This document shows positions 34,674-44,271 of a DNA stretch of 54,122 bases, piece by piece (position 1 is the first letter of the stretch; each line of letters begins with the position of its first letter). The stretch lies in the IMG/VR virus record IMGVR_UViG_3300025674_000055, positions 1-54,122 of that record. The stretch is one strand, 5' to 3'. Source of the DNA: a virus (taxonomy: Duplodnaviria > Caudoviricetes). The translations under genes and the position numbers were made by a program. The notes under the pieces are model-generated. The model was not told the DNA's origin. It worked only from the letters and a program-made list of their open reading frames with translations, and searched no databases.

Positions 34674-35908
34674 GTCTTACTTCTTATCCTAAGTATACCT
34701 ATATTGCAGAGGGTGACGGTAACGTAAATCTTTACGGTACTGCTCTCGACTCTTTTGGTAGAATTAGGGTAAGTGAACCCTACACACTCTTTGACAGTCA
34801 GAACCGCTATGTAAAAGATCCTCAGTTTGATGAATCGCTGACTGGAAGTGCTACAACTACCTTTGTTGCTAATGAAGGTGTTGTTGATATGGATGTTACC
34901 ATAGCCAGTGGCGACAAAGTTATACGACAGTCTAAACGCAGGTTTCCGTATCAACCCGGTAAATCTTTGTTAGTACTAGCCACATTTGTAATGGATGAGG
35001 CACAGACAGAGCTTCGCCAGCGTGTTGGTTACTTTGACGACAACAATGGTGTTTTCCTGCAGCTTGATGACGATGAACTTAGTTTTGTGCTTAGATCATA
35101 TGTTACAGGTTCAGTTGTAGATACCCGCAAGGTAGCAAAGTCAAACTGGAACATAGATAAGTTTGATGGAACTGGCCCTAGTGGTTTGACCCTTGATATT
35201 ACAAAAGCTCAGATATTGTTCTTTGACTTTGAGTGGCTGGGTGTTGGTTCTGTTCGTTGTGGCTTTGTGATTAACGGTAAGTTCTATCTTGCTCATGTTT
35301 ATCACAATGCCAACTTGATTTCTACCACCTACATGACCACTGCAATCCTGCCAGTGCGCTATGAGATTGAAGCTAAGGCTGCTTTAACCTCTGCAGCAAA
35401 ATTAAAGCAGATTTGTTCTACTGTAGTCTCTGAGGGGGGCTACCAACAGAAGTCAAAACTTCACTGGGCTAGAATGACTACAGATACTACGCTCAGCACT
35501 TCCTTTGAACCCCTTGTGAGCATACGGTTAAACGCAAGTAGACTAGGCGCTGTTGTTCTTCCTGCAAGGTTTATTGTCCTTCCTCAGACTTCTCCTGCAG
35601 ATTATGAAGTTGCTCTAATTAAAAATGCAACACTTACTTCTGCATCTTACACTACAGGCTCCTTTACCAACGTAGACTTTGATGTGGCCGCAACTGCACT
35701 GTCTGGTGGTACAATCGTAGACGTTGTATATGTATCTTCATCTAATCAATCAGGTGGAAGTCTTGAGCAAGCTGTTGATTATAACTTTGACTTACAGTTA
35801 GGTGTTACGATTGGTGGCACTAGTGATGTGTATACTCTAGCTGCTCGTGGTCTTAGTGGTACTCCAGACATGATTGGCGCATTGGCATTCTGGGATTTGA
35901 CAGACTAA
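34670..35908 (+). CDS. Putative virion structural protein (beta-rich)
   Basis: DSFGRIRVSEP.TLFD, YQPGKS, EWLGVG.VR.G motifs. Confidence 0.7.
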   Translation: MSLTSYPKYTYIAEGDGNVNLYGTALDSFGRIRVSEPYTLFDSQNRYVKDPQFDESLTGSATTTFVANEGVVDMDVTIASGDKVIRQSKRRFPYQPGKSLLVLATFVMDEAQTELRQRVGYFDDNNGVFLQLDDDELSFVLRSYVTGSVVDTRKVAKSNWNIDKFDGTGPSGLTLDITKAQILFFDFEWLGVGSVRCGFVINGKFYLAHVYHNANLISTTYMTTAILPVRYEIEAKAALTSAAKLKQICSTVVSEGGYQQKSKLHWARMTTDTTLSTSFEPLVSIRLNASRLGAVVLPARFIVLPQTSPADYEVALIKNATLTSASYTTGSFTNVDFDVAATALSGGTIVDVVYVSSSNQSGGSLEQAVDYNFDLQLGVTIGGTSDVYTLAARGLSGTPDMIGALAFWDLTD

Positions 35909-36249
35909 TGGAACCTCGCAAAAAAAGAACTGTTAGCAAAGAGTTGACCACAGGGGATTCTGATATCTACACCTGTCCAGATCTTTTTGATGGGGATGTT
36001 CACAGTATCATTGTAACGAATGCTTCTGCAAATGTAGTTACTGTTAGTCTTGATTGGTATGACAGTGATACAACAACATACTATACCATTATGGAGCAAG
36101 TGCAACTTAAGCCCTATTCTTTGGTGCAGTTAACTGAATACCCTCTTTACTTGCGCAGACAAAATAAGATTCGTGGTTTGGCTAGTGCTGGATCAGCAGT
36201 TACAGTTACTGTTGCGGTTGAAGAATCTTTTAATGGCGTGGCGAGATAA
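35908..36249 (+). CDS. Putative small structural protein
   Basis: IYTCP...IIVTN beta-sandwich pattern. Confidence 0.65.
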   Translation: MEPRKKRTVSKELTTGDSDIYTCPDLFDGDVHSIIVTNASANVVTVSLDWYDSDTTTYYTIMEQVQLKPYSLVQLTEYPLYLRRQNKIRGLASAGSAVTVTVAVEESFNGVAR

Positions 36250-36265
36250 TTAAAGTATGACAGAG

Positions 36266-36296
36266 TTGCAATAATTGCAATAGTATGGTATAACTA
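36266..36296 (+). promoter_or_regulatory. Promoter upstream of DUF1127 gene
   Basis: TTGCAA-N17-TATAACTA with TG extension. Confidence 0.65.
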
Positions 36297-36359
36297 AGTA
36301 TGTTATAACTACTCCTGTTGGACCATCTGGTCCTTATGTATACACAACAGGAGTTAAAA

Positions 36360-36563
36360 ATGCTGAAGCGCATTTACAATTATTTAATTAGCTATCAAGA
36401 AAAAAAGGTTGCACTCTGGCAAATTGACAACCTCAGTGATGCACAGCTTAAAGACATTGGCTATACACGCAGCCAGCTATACGAGGCAGTATATGGCAAG
36501 CCCATCCAAAACAAAGTCAAGAGTAAACGAAGCTGGCAACTATACAAAACCAGCAATGCGTAA
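36360..36563 (+). CDS. DUF1127 small protein
   Basis: LSDAQLKDIGYTR signature; AGGAG RBS. Confidence 0.85.
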   Translation: MLKRIYNYLISYQEKKVALWQIDNLSDAQLKDIGYTRSQLYEAVYGKPIQNKVKSKRSWQLYKTSNA

Positions 36564-36684
36564 GCGTTTGTTTGAGAAGATTAAGGCTGGCACCAAGGGT
36601 GGTAAGGCTGGGCAGTGGTCGGCTAGGAAGGCACAGCTTCTTGCAAGTGAGTACAAAAAAGCAGGAGGCGGCTACCGTGACTAA
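36493..36684 (+). CDS. DUF5872-like protein, N-terminal half
   Basis: YTKP..R...KGGKAGQWSARKAQLLA.EYKKAGGGY. Confidence 0.75.
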   Translation: MASPSKTKSRVNEAGNYTKPAMRKRLFEKIKAGTKGGKAGQWSARKAQLLASEYKKAGGGYRD

Positions 36685-36805
36685 GAAGCTTACAGTAGCT
36701 GAGAAGTACAGGCAGCTTAAGGCTCAGACTGAATCTGCTGGCATGAAAGTAGAAGAAGTTGATGGCAAGATTGTTGTCAGAAGAAAACCTAAGAATAAAA
36801 AGTAA
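36677..36805 (+). CDS. Small hypothetical protein
   Basis: AGGAGG RBS + GTG. Confidence 0.6.
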   Translation: MTKKLTVAEKYRQLKAQTESAGMKVEEVDGKIVVRRKPKNKK

Positions 36806-37344
36806 TGCCTACAAGTATTGAACTTGACATTAGATCTTGGTCTGAGCAAGTACTAGAAGTACCCAATGCACACCTTAAGGGCTTACCTGCATGTCCATAT
36901 GCTAGGAAAGCTTGGAGAGATAACAAGGTACTCGTAACTGAAACTCAGAACATGAGTAGCTGGGCTGACCACTATTGCCATCACTTTAATAAGTACAACA
37001 AAGATTTGATTATTGTAGCTTCTTATAACCTACCTGACATAGATGACTTTAATAGTTTTATTGAAGATCATCTAAACGCCAACTATCCTAAGTTACACTG
37101 TATGGGTTTTCACCCTGAGTATGGAGCAGAAGATGCTGAGCTAGACTTCTTGCTAGAGAATGACTGGCACAGTGAGATAGAAGAAGACTACTGCATGATT
37201 TTTATACAAAATCTAAAGCTTGTAGTAGAAGCAAGTGATAAACTAGAGCCGCTTGGTTATTATCAAGCATATCCCAAGGAAGAGTACGAAGCCTTGGTAG
37301 TACAGCGAAAAAGGAAATACCTCAATGGCAATGAAACCCCGTAA
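36805..37344 (+). CDS. DUF1415-like protein
   Basis: CPYA and FHP motifs. Confidence 0.6.
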   Translation: MPTSIELDIRSWSEQVLEVPNAHLKGLPACPYARKAWRDNKVLVTETQNMSSWADHYCHHFNKYNKDLIIVASYNLPDIDDFNSFIEDHLNANYPKLHCMGFHPEYGAEDAELDFLLENDWHSEIEEDYCMIFIQNLKLVVEASDKLEPLGYYQAYPKEEYEALVVQRKRKYLNGNETP

Positions 37345-37465
37345 GATGAAGCGTGGTGGCACAGCTACCACAGAAGATAAGAAAAAAACAGGCATGATGC
37401 GTGGTGGTATGGTCAAGAAACCTACCGCCATGAAACGTGGCGGCATGGTTAAAAATAAAAAGTAA
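37325..37465 (+). CDS. 46-aa basic peptide with three M(K/M)RGG repeats (not in ORF track)
   Basis: MAMKPRKMKRGG...MMRGGMVKK..MKRGGMVKNKK; AAGG RBS. Confidence 0.7.
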   Translation: MAMKPRKMKRGGTATTEDKKKTGMMRGGMVKKPTAMKRGGMVKNKK

Positions 37466-37466
37466 A

Positions 37467-37712
37467 ATGACTAAGAAGGCACCACAAAAATCTTTGGATA
37501 AATGGACACGTCAAAAATGGCGTACCAAAAGTGGTAAGCCTTCTGGTGAAACAAATGAACGTTATTTACCAGAAAAAGCCATTGAGTCGCTTAGTAGTTC
37601 TGAGTATGCTGCAACAACTAAAGCTAAGCGAGAAGGTACAGCTAAAGGTAAGCAGTTTGTGCCGCAGCCTAAGAAGATTGCAGAAAAAACCAAACGATTT
37701 AGAAGAACTTGA
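37467..37712 (+). CDS. DUF5872-like protein, C-terminal half
   Basis: QKSL.KWT.QKW.T..ERYLP.KA...KR...GKQFV. Confidence 0.7.
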   Translation: MTKKAPQKSLDKWTRQKWRTKSGKPSGETNERYLPEKAIESLSSSEYAATTKAKREGTAKGKQFVPQPKKIAEKTKRFRRT

Positions 37713-37723
37713 TTGAGGGTGCT

Positions 37724-38191
37724 ATGGCATTTAAACTTTCCAAAAGAAGTCTAGATAAACTAAAGGGTGTACACCCCAAACTAGTCACTGTTGTAAAAAA
37801 AGCTATTACATATACTACAGTTGACTTTGGCGTTACATGTGGTATGAGACTTCTGGAAGAGCAAGAGCGTCTTGTTGCTGCTGGTAGATCACAGACAATG
37901 GCATCCAAGCATCTCCTTCAAGCAGATGGTTACTCTCATGCTGTAGACCTTGTTGCTTATGTCGATGGTGAAGTAACTTGGGAACTCAATGTTTATGACA
38001 ATATCTGTGATGCTATGGCTAAGGCTGCAGATGAAGAGGGTGTAGCTATCAAGTGGGGTGCCGCTTGGTCTGAGGGAGACATTCGTTTTTACAAAGGTAC
38101 GGCAGAAGATGCTATGAACGAATACATTGATCTTCGTAGATCGCAAGGGCGTAGGCCATTTATCGATTCGCCTCACTACGAATTGATGTAA
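37724..38191 (+). CDS. Endolysin, peptidase M15 (L-Ala-D-Glu peptidase)
   Basis: GVHP.L, R..EQ, SKH, AVD, D.PH.EL. Confidence 0.92.
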   Translation: MAFKLSKRSLDKLKGVHPKLVTVVKKAITYTTVDFGVTCGMRLLEEQERLVAAGRSQTMASKHLLQADGYSHAVDLVAYVDGEVTWELNVYDNICDAMAKAADEEGVAIKWGAAWSEGDIRFYKGTAEDAMNEYIDLRRSQGRRPFIDSPHYELM

Positions 38192-38218
38192 TTATACTAG
38201 TTGCAGGGAAGTTTAAAT

Positions 38219-38491
38219 ATGACCACTGAACAATGGCCCCTTACAAAATCTGTACCTTTAACTTTTATTTTTGCTATACTTTTGCAAACAATGACTCTTG
38301 TTTGGTTTATTGCAAATCTGAATAGTAACGTTGAAGATAATGCCAGAGAGATTGTGCGACATGAAACACGCATTCAATCTCTTGAAACAGCAGTTCAAAG
38401 CCAAGCCGTTGCAGTGGCTCGTATGGATGAAAACATTCAAGCTATCCGCAGTATGATTGAGAATCTTGTCAGAGAACAGACAAGTAGATGA
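38219..38491 (+). CDS. Membrane coiled-coil protein (lysis cassette)
   Basis: N-terminal TM segment + coiled coil. Confidence 0.65.
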   Translation: MTTEQWPLTKSVPLTFIFAILLQTMTLVWFIANLNSNVEDNAREIVRHETRIQSLETAVQSQAVAVARMDENIQAIRSMIENLVREQTSR

Positions 38492-38661
38492 CGCTGTGTG
38501 TTCTTGTCTTCGTAAGCTATGGACATCTTTTTATAAACAATCAGGGAAGTTGGTTTTACAAATCTTGTTACTATGATTGTGGCACACGGGTACACAGGTG
38601 GTACGACAAAATATACCGTGTAGATTCTCAACACCTTTGCCCGAAGAGCTACTATGATTGA
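38488..38661 (+). CDS. Small Cys-containing protein (57 aa; not in ORF track)
   Basis: MTLCVLVFVSYG...CYYDC...CPKSYYD; ATGA coupling. Confidence 0.6.
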   Translation: MTLCVLVFVSYGHLFINNQGSWFYKSCYYDCGTRVHRWYDKIYRVDSQHLCPKSYYD

Positions 38662-39121
38662 TCCGTTTACAGCCCTGTCCGTAGCGAGTACTGCGGTATC
38701 CCAGATACAACAGCTACTGTCTGCAGGCAGAGATGCTTCGGCTGCTATGTCTAAGTTTGCTGGCGCTGTAAGTGATATTAACTACGCTGCTGAGAGAGCT
38801 AAGAATCCTAGTATATGGAAGACGCTAACTGGAAGTGCTGAATCTGAAGCCATAGAATTATTTACTGCACAGAAAAAAGTGCAGGATATGCGCCAACAGA
38901 TAGAGACCATGATTGGTTATACTTATGGTGAAAAGGGTTTGGCTGAGTACAAAGAAACCCTACGTAGAGTTAAGAAGCAACGAGAGGATACTGTCTACAG
39001 AAAGCAGAAGATAAAGGAAGCTTTGTTATTGTGGACAGTTGGAGTCCTTGCTACGCTTGCTGGTACTGCTGGATTAGTGGCTGTAGTATATTTTCTTGGC
39101 ATTCAGCAAGGAAAGTGGTAA
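38654..39121 (+). CDS. Membrane protein
   Basis: MIDPFTA start, coiled coil, C-terminal TM segment. Confidence 0.75.
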   Translation: MIDPFTALSVASTAVSQIQQLLSAGRDASAAMSKFAGAVSDINYAAERAKNPSIWKTLTGSAESEAIELFTAQKKVQDMRQQIETMIGYTYGEKGLAEYKETLRRVKKQREDTVYRKQKIKEALLLWTVGVLATLAGTAGLVAVVYFLGIQQGKW

Positions 39122-39122
39122 G

Positions 39123-39395
39123 ATGAAGATAACACCTGAATGGCTAGACAAGTGGCGCATCTGGCCTCGTATGATTATCACTCTGTATGGTCTTGCGTTT
39201 TATCAGACAACAAACTGGTTTATGAACCTATCTGATCCTACGAATGCTCAAGCTGGTTTTGTGTCTGTTGTAGTTGGAGCAGGTGCAGGTTTCTTTGGAA
39301 TATATGTGAATGGCAGAAATACTCACACGATTAATCACACGTCTAACTCCACTGAGACTTCTACTCGTTCTAGTTCTAGTGAGTATGACCGCTAG
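39123..39395 (+). CDS. Putative holin (2 TM)
   Basis: WRIWPR + two hydrophobic segments, in lysis cassette. Confidence 0.6.
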   Translation: MKITPEWLDKWRIWPRMIITLYGLAFYQTTNWFMNLSDPTNAQAGFVSVVVGAGAGFFGIYVNGRNTHTINHTSNSTETSTRSSSSEYDR

Positions 39396-39711
39396 TTGTT
39401 CTGCCATTAACCCATTGGGTTTTTTATCTGGTGGTACTAATGTAGCGGCAAATACACAACTAGGTAAAACAAATACACAAACACTTGGTACAACTAATAA
39501 TACAGACGCAGGAATTAAAGCTACGGGTGATGTAGAAAATATCAACCAAGACTTCGACTCTGGTAACAAAGTAGCAACAGACAGAGTTGACAACCTTACC
39601 ATTAATGAAATACCTGTTTGGGTTATTTTGCTTTTAATCTTAGGGTGGCTGCTACCAACTCCAACACAAATTGGGCAAGGAATTTTAAACTTGTTCCGTA
39701 GAAAAAAATAG
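39310..39711 (+). CDS. Putative unimolecular spanin
   Basis: Hydrophobic signal + lipobox-like TASC, beta-rich middle, C-terminal TM segment and basic tail. Confidence 0.7.
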   Translation: MAEILTRLITRLTPLRLLLVLVLVSMTASCSAINPLGFLSGGTNVAANTQLGKTNTQTLGTTNNTDAGIKATGDVENINQDFDSGNKVATDRVDNLTINEIPVWVILLLILGWLLPTPTQIGQGILNLFRRKK

Positions 39712-39719
39712 GATACACT

Positions 39720-40097
39720 ATGTCTAGACAACTTACAGATAAACAGAAAAAGTTCTTGGACGTTCTGTTTGAAGAGGCAGGAGGCGATGTTCCTACTGCT
39801 AAACGTCTTGCTGGTTATTCTGATGCCACGTCTAGTACAGAAGTAGTAGCCTCTTTGAAAGAAGAAATCATTGACGCTACCCATATGTACATGGCACGTA
39901 ATGCGCCGAAAGCTGCTATGTCTATGGTTGGTGCGCTTTATGATCCTACTGAACTTGGTATTCGGGATAAGATGGCAGCAGCCAAAGAGCTTCTGGATCG
40001 CACAGGTCTTGTAAAGACTGAGAAGGTTCAGGTCGAAGCAAAGGGTGGCGTTATGTTGATGCCAGCCAAAAACCCAACAGAAGAAGATGATGACTAA
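39720..40097 (+). CDS. terS: Terminase small subunit (putative)
   Basis: LTDKQKKFL...A..LAGYS HTH pattern; AAKELLDR. Confidence 0.75.
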   Translation: MSRQLTDKQKKFLDVLFEEAGGDVPTAKRLAGYSDATSSTEVVASLKEEIIDATHMYMARNAPKAAMSMVGALYDPTELGIRDKMAAAKELLDRTGLVKTEKVQVEAKGGVMLMPAKNPTEEDDD

Positions 40098-40524
40098 GAA
40101 AACAGGAACATGGAAGCTTCCTCAACCCACCGACATTAAAGAGGATAATGAATGGGTTCCTATTCCTCGTATATCTAGGACAGTACCATTTGGTTACTCA
40201 GTTGATCCAGATGATGAGTATGTGCTGCTACCAATTCAAAGTGAATTAGATCTGCTTGAGAAGGCTAAAGAGTATCTTAAGCAATATTCATATAGAGAAG
40301 TGGCACATTGGCTTACTAGAAATACAGGGCGATATATTTCGCATGTAGGTTTAAAGAAGCGATTGGATAATGAGCGAAGAAGAAAAAACAAAGCTGGAAG
40401 CCTTCGCAGATGGGCAAACTATGCGGAAAAGGCAATCGCCAAGGCGCATGAAATTGAACAGAAGAGACTCGACGCAAAAGCCCAGCAACTCAGTTCCAGC
40501 GAAACCGAAAGCAGAGCCAGCTAA
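40087..40524 (+). CDS. Hypothetical HTH-containing protein
   Basis: PFGY...SYREVA.WL...GR.ISH.GL. Confidence 0.7.
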   Translation: MMTKKTGTWKLPQPTDIKEDNEWVPIPRISRTVPFGYSVDPDDEYVLLPIQSELDLLEKAKEYLKQYSYREVAHWLTRNTGRYISHVGLKKRLDNERRRKNKAGSLRRWANYAEKAIAKAHEIEQKRLDAKAQQLSSSETESRAS

Positions 40525-41962
40525 AATTGTTGAATCAACTCCAGATGAATTGGCGGTTGAAGAAGCACACAACGTAATCTTTAAGCCTAACCCCGGTCCT
40601 CAGACTGAGTTCTTGGCTGCAAGTGAAAGAGAAGTGTTATATGGCGGAAGTGCTGGTGGCGGTAAGTCTTATGCTATGTTGGCTGACCCTCTTCGTTACA
40701 TGGGGCACCCAGCGTTTAGCGGCCTACTCCTACGTCACACGACAGAAGAATTAAGGGAACTTATCTTCAAGTCGCAAGAGATGTATCCCAAAATCTGGCC
40801 CGGTATTAAGTGGTCAGAAAGAAAAATGCAGTGGACTGCGCCATCTGGTGCAAGGTTGTGGATGTCCTACCTTGACAGGGATGAGGATGTCTTGCGTTAT
40901 CAGGGTCTGGCATTTAGCTGGATAGGCTTTGACGAATTAACTCAATGGGCCACACCATATGCATGGAATTACATGCGGTCTCGTCTACGGTCCACTGCAC
41001 CTGATCTTCCTATCTTTATGAGGGCTACGACTAACCCCGGAGGTAGAGGGCATCACTGGGTTAAAAAAATGTTTATTGATCCTGCGCCTGCAGGTAGTAC
41101 ATTTGATGCTACGGATATTGAAACTGGTGAAGTTCTTAAGTACCCTATAGGTCATAGTAAAGCAGGTAAGTCTCTTTTTAAACGTAGGTTTATTCCTGCT
41201 AGACTTTCTGACAACCCATACCTTGCTGCTCAGGGTGACTATGAAGCAATGCTTCTGTCTCTTCCTGAACAACAAAGACGCCAGCTTCTTGAAGGTGATT
41301 GGGATATTAAAGAAGGTGCAGCGTTTACTGAGTTTGACAGAACTATACATGTAATAGAACCATTCAAGATTCCGTCCAACTGGGTTAAGTTTAGAGCAGC
41401 AGACTATGGTTACGGTTCTCATAGTGGAGTACTTTGGTTTGCTGTATCCCCAAGTGAACAATTGATTGTTTACAGAGAATTGTATGTTAGTAGAGTCCTT
41501 GCTACCGATCTTGCAGATAGGGTATTGCAGCTTGAGGCAGAAGACGGTAATATTAAGTATGGAGTTCTAGACAGTTCTTTGTGGCACAAACGAGGCGATA
41601 CAGGACCGAGTCTAGCAGAACAAATGATTAGTCGTGGCTGCAGATGGAGACCTTCTGACAGATCAAAAGGTTCTCGTGTTGCTGGTAAAAATGAAATACA
41701 TCGTAGGCTGCAGGTAGATGAGTTTACAGAAGAGCCACGTCTAGTGTTCTTCAATAACTGCGTAAACATAATTGCACAGCTTCCAGCTTTGCCGATTGAC
41801 AAAAAGAATCTAGAGGATATTGATACTTCATCAGAAGACCATTTGTATGACGCTCTTAGATATGGCATAATGTCTAGACCAAGGTTTAGTATTTTTGACT
41901 ACGACTCAAGAGGAACTCCGTCAAATGGTATGCGAATGGCAGATCCAGTATTCGGCTATTAA
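40370..41962 (+). CDS. terL: Terminase large subunit (start uncertain)
   Basis: YGGSAGGGKS, FDELT, TTNPGG, ADYG, DHLYDALRY. Confidence 0.95.
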   Translation: MSEEEKTKLEAFADGQTMRKRQSPRRMKLNRRDSTQKPSNSVPAKPKAEPAKIVESTPDELAVEEAHNVIFKPNPGPQTEFLAASEREVLYGGSAGGGKSYAMLADPLRYMGHPAFSGLLLRHTTEELRELIFKSQEMYPKIWPGIKWSERKMQWTAPSGARLWMSYLDRDEDVLRYQGLAFSWIGFDELTQWATPYAWNYMRSRLRSTAPDLPIFMRATTNPGGRGHHWVKKMFIDPAPAGSTFDATDIETGEVLKYPIGHSKAGKSLFKRRFIPARLSDNPYLAAQGDYEAMLLSLPEQQRRQLLEGDWDIKEGAAFTEFDRTIHVIEPFKIPSNWVKFRAADYGYGSHSGVLWFAVSPSEQLIVYRELYVSRVLATDLADRVLQLEAEDGNIKYGVLDSSLWHKRGDTGPSLAEQMISRGCRWRPSDRSKGSRVAGKNEIHRRLQVDEFTEEPRLVFFNNCVNIIAQLPALPIDKKNLEDIDTSSEDHLYDALRYGIMSRPRFSIFDYDSRGTPSNGMRMADPVFGY

Positions 41963-41973
41963 AGGTAAATTAG

Positions 41974-44109
41974 ATGGCAGAAGATAACGAAGTCTTTATC
42001 GAAGATGATGCAATCATTCTTGAAGACACAAAAAATTCTATGGAAGACGACGCAGGTACGAATAATATTATTTCGTATGTAATGGAACGTTATCGTAGAT
42101 CTGAAGATATTCGCAGACAAGATGAGACACGTTGGCTTCGGGCATATAGAAACTATCGTGGTTTGTATGGTCCTGATGTTCAATTTACTGAAGCAGAAAA
42201 GTCTCGTGTTTTTATTAAAGTAACTAAGACAAAAACACTTGCTGCCTATGGTCAGATTGTTGATGTGCTATTTGCAAACAACAAATTTCCGCTTACTGTT
42301 GATCCCACTGAACTTCCAGATGGTGTGGTAGATAGTGTTCACTTTGACCCTCAAGAACCTGAGCAGCTTCGTCAAAGCAACATGGATGAGTTGATAAGCC
42401 CCTATGGTTATCGTAATGATGGTAGAGAAATTCCCAAAGGGGCAACTGCTAAAACGCTACGTGAAAGCATTGGAGCTTTAGCAGAAAAGCTTAGAGATAT
42501 TTCTGGTGTTAAAGAAGGTCCGGGTACTACACCTTCCTCTATTACCTTTGAGCCTGCTATGATTGCAGCCAAAAAGATGCAGAAAAAAATTCAAGATCAA
42601 CTTGAAGAATCTAATGCATCTAAGCACCTTCGTAGCACAGCATTCGAAATGGCACTGTTTGGTACAGGCGTCATGAAGGGTCCGTTTGCGGTAGACAAAG
42701 AATACCCTAGCTGGAATGATGATGGTGAATACGAACCTACCTTTAAAACAGTTCCTCAAGTATCTCATGTTTCTGTGTGGAACTTCTATCCTGATCCTGA
42801 TGCAAGCAATATGGATGAAGCACAGTATGTGATTGAACGACACAAGATGTCTCGCTCACAACTTCGTGCTTTGAAAAAGCGTCCATACTTCCGCTCTTCA
42901 GTTATTGATGATGCTATTTCTTTTGGTGAAAACTATATTAAAAAATACTGGGAAGAAGATCTTGCAGACTACGCACCCGATCAGGGCATTGATCGTTTCG
43001 AAGTTTTGGAATATTGGGGCATGGTTGATGTCCAGATGCTCATTGATTATGGCGTAGATATTCCAAGAGAACTGGAAGAAGTTGATGAATTGCAAGCAAA
43101 CGTTTGGATTTGTAATAACAAAGTCCTTCGTATGGTACTCAATCCTTTTAAGCCCGCACGTATTCCGTTTATGGCCGCTCCCTATGAGCTTAATCCGTAT
43201 TCGTTCTTTGGTGTTGGTATCGCAGAAAATATGGATGACACACAAACTCTAATGAACGGCTTTATGCGTATGGCGGTTGATAATGCTGTTCTATCTGGCA
43301 ACCTGCTTATCGAAGTAGATGAAACTAACTTGGTGCCCGGTCAAGATTTGTCTGTGTATCCCGGTAAAGTATTCCGAAGACAGGGTGGTGCACCGGGTCA
43401 GGCTATCTTTGGTACAAAGTTTCCTAATGTTGCACAAGAAAACTTGCAGCTTTTTGACAAAGCCCGTGTGTTGGCCGATGAGAGCACAGGCTTTCCCAGC
43501 TTTGCACATGGACAGACAGGTGTTATGGGTGTCGGCAGAACTGCCAGCGGTATTAGTATGCTAATGGGTGCAGCAAGTGGTACAATTAAAACTGTCATTA
43601 AAAACGTAGACGACTATCTTCTTCGTCCTTTGGGTGAAGGTCTGTTCCGTTTCAATATGCAGTTTGACTTTGATCATACCATTAAGGGTGATCTTGAAGT
43701 CAAAGCTCGTGGTACAGAAAGCTTGATGGCAAATGAAGTACGCAGCCAGCGTCTCATGCAGTTTTTGCAAGTTGCAAGCAATCCTGCTCTTGCGCCCTTT
43801 GCAAAATTCCAGTATATTATTAGAGAGATTGCTAAGTCTCTTGAACTTGATCCCGATAAAGTTACCAACGACATTAATGAGGCAGCAATTCAAGCTGAGC
43901 TTATGAAAGGTTTCCAACAAGAGCAAGCTCAGCAACAGGGTGGAGCACCAGCAGGTGCTAATCCGATGGATATGACAGGAGCAGGCGGTGGTACTATTGG
44001 TACTGGCGCTGTTCCAATGCCGCAAGAAGAAGGGTTCAGTGGTAATGCAGGACAAGAACAGCCTCAACCAACTCAAGGGGTTGGTCAGCAACCAAGCCCA
44101 ATGGGCTAA
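41974..44109 (+). CDS. Portal protein
   Basis: 711 aa after TerL; FYPDP, RTASG.SML, Q-rich tail. Confidence 0.9.
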   Translation: MAEDNEVFIEDDAIILEDTKNSMEDDAGTNNIISYVMERYRRSEDIRRQDETRWLRAYRNYRGLYGPDVQFTEAEKSRVFIKVTKTKTLAAYGQIVDVLFANNKFPLTVDPTELPDGVVDSVHFDPQEPEQLRQSNMDELISPYGYRNDGREIPKGATAKTLRESIGALAEKLRDISGVKEGPGTTPSSITFEPAMIAAKKMQKKIQDQLEESNASKHLRSTAFEMALFGTGVMKGPFAVDKEYPSWNDDGEYEPTFKTVPQVSHVSVWNFYPDPDASNMDEAQYVIERHKMSRSQLRALKKRPYFRSSVIDDAISFGENYIKKYWEEDLADYAPDQGIDRFEVLEYWGMVDVQMLIDYGVDIPRELEEVDELQANVWICNNKVLRMVLNPFKPARIPFMAAPYELNPYSFFGVGIAENMDDTQTLMNGFMRMAVDNAVLSGNLLIEVDETNLVPGQDLSVYPGKVFRRQGGAPGQAIFGTKFPNVAQENLQLFDKARVLADESTGFPSFAHGQTGVMGVGRTASGISMLMGAASGTIKTVIKNVDDYLLRPLGEGLFRFNMQFDFDHTIKGDLEVKARGTESLMANEVRSQRLMQFLQVASNPALAPFAKFQYIIREIAKSLELDPDKVTNDINEAAIQAELMKGFQQEQAQQQGGAPAGANPMDMTGAGGGTIGTGAVPMPQEEGFSGNAGQEQPQPTQGVGQQPSPMG

Positions 44110-44260
44110 GTTTGTTGATTACTTAGAATTTGTTATTAGACAACAACATAGAACTATGGAACAATCAGATAGTGTAGATGCTATTAGACGTGCTCAAGGT
44201 GCTATCTATCAACTTCGTAGACTGCAAATGCTTAGAGACGAAGTTCTTAAATCCAGTTAA
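44045..44260 (+). CDS. Conserved small protein after portal
   Basis: RAQG.I..LRRL..LRDEV. Confidence 0.75.
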   Translation: MQDKNSLNQLKGLVSNQAQWAKFVDYLEFVIRQQHRTMEQSDSVDAIRRAQGAIYQLRRLQMLRDEVLKSS

Positions 44261-44271
44261 AGGACAATACA

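Noticed and set aside
36300-36360. Known riboswitch class (e.g. SAM-SAH or cobalamin) in the DUF1127 leader
   Set aside because: Consensus nucleotides not recognised; kept only as a generic RBS-occluding hairpin
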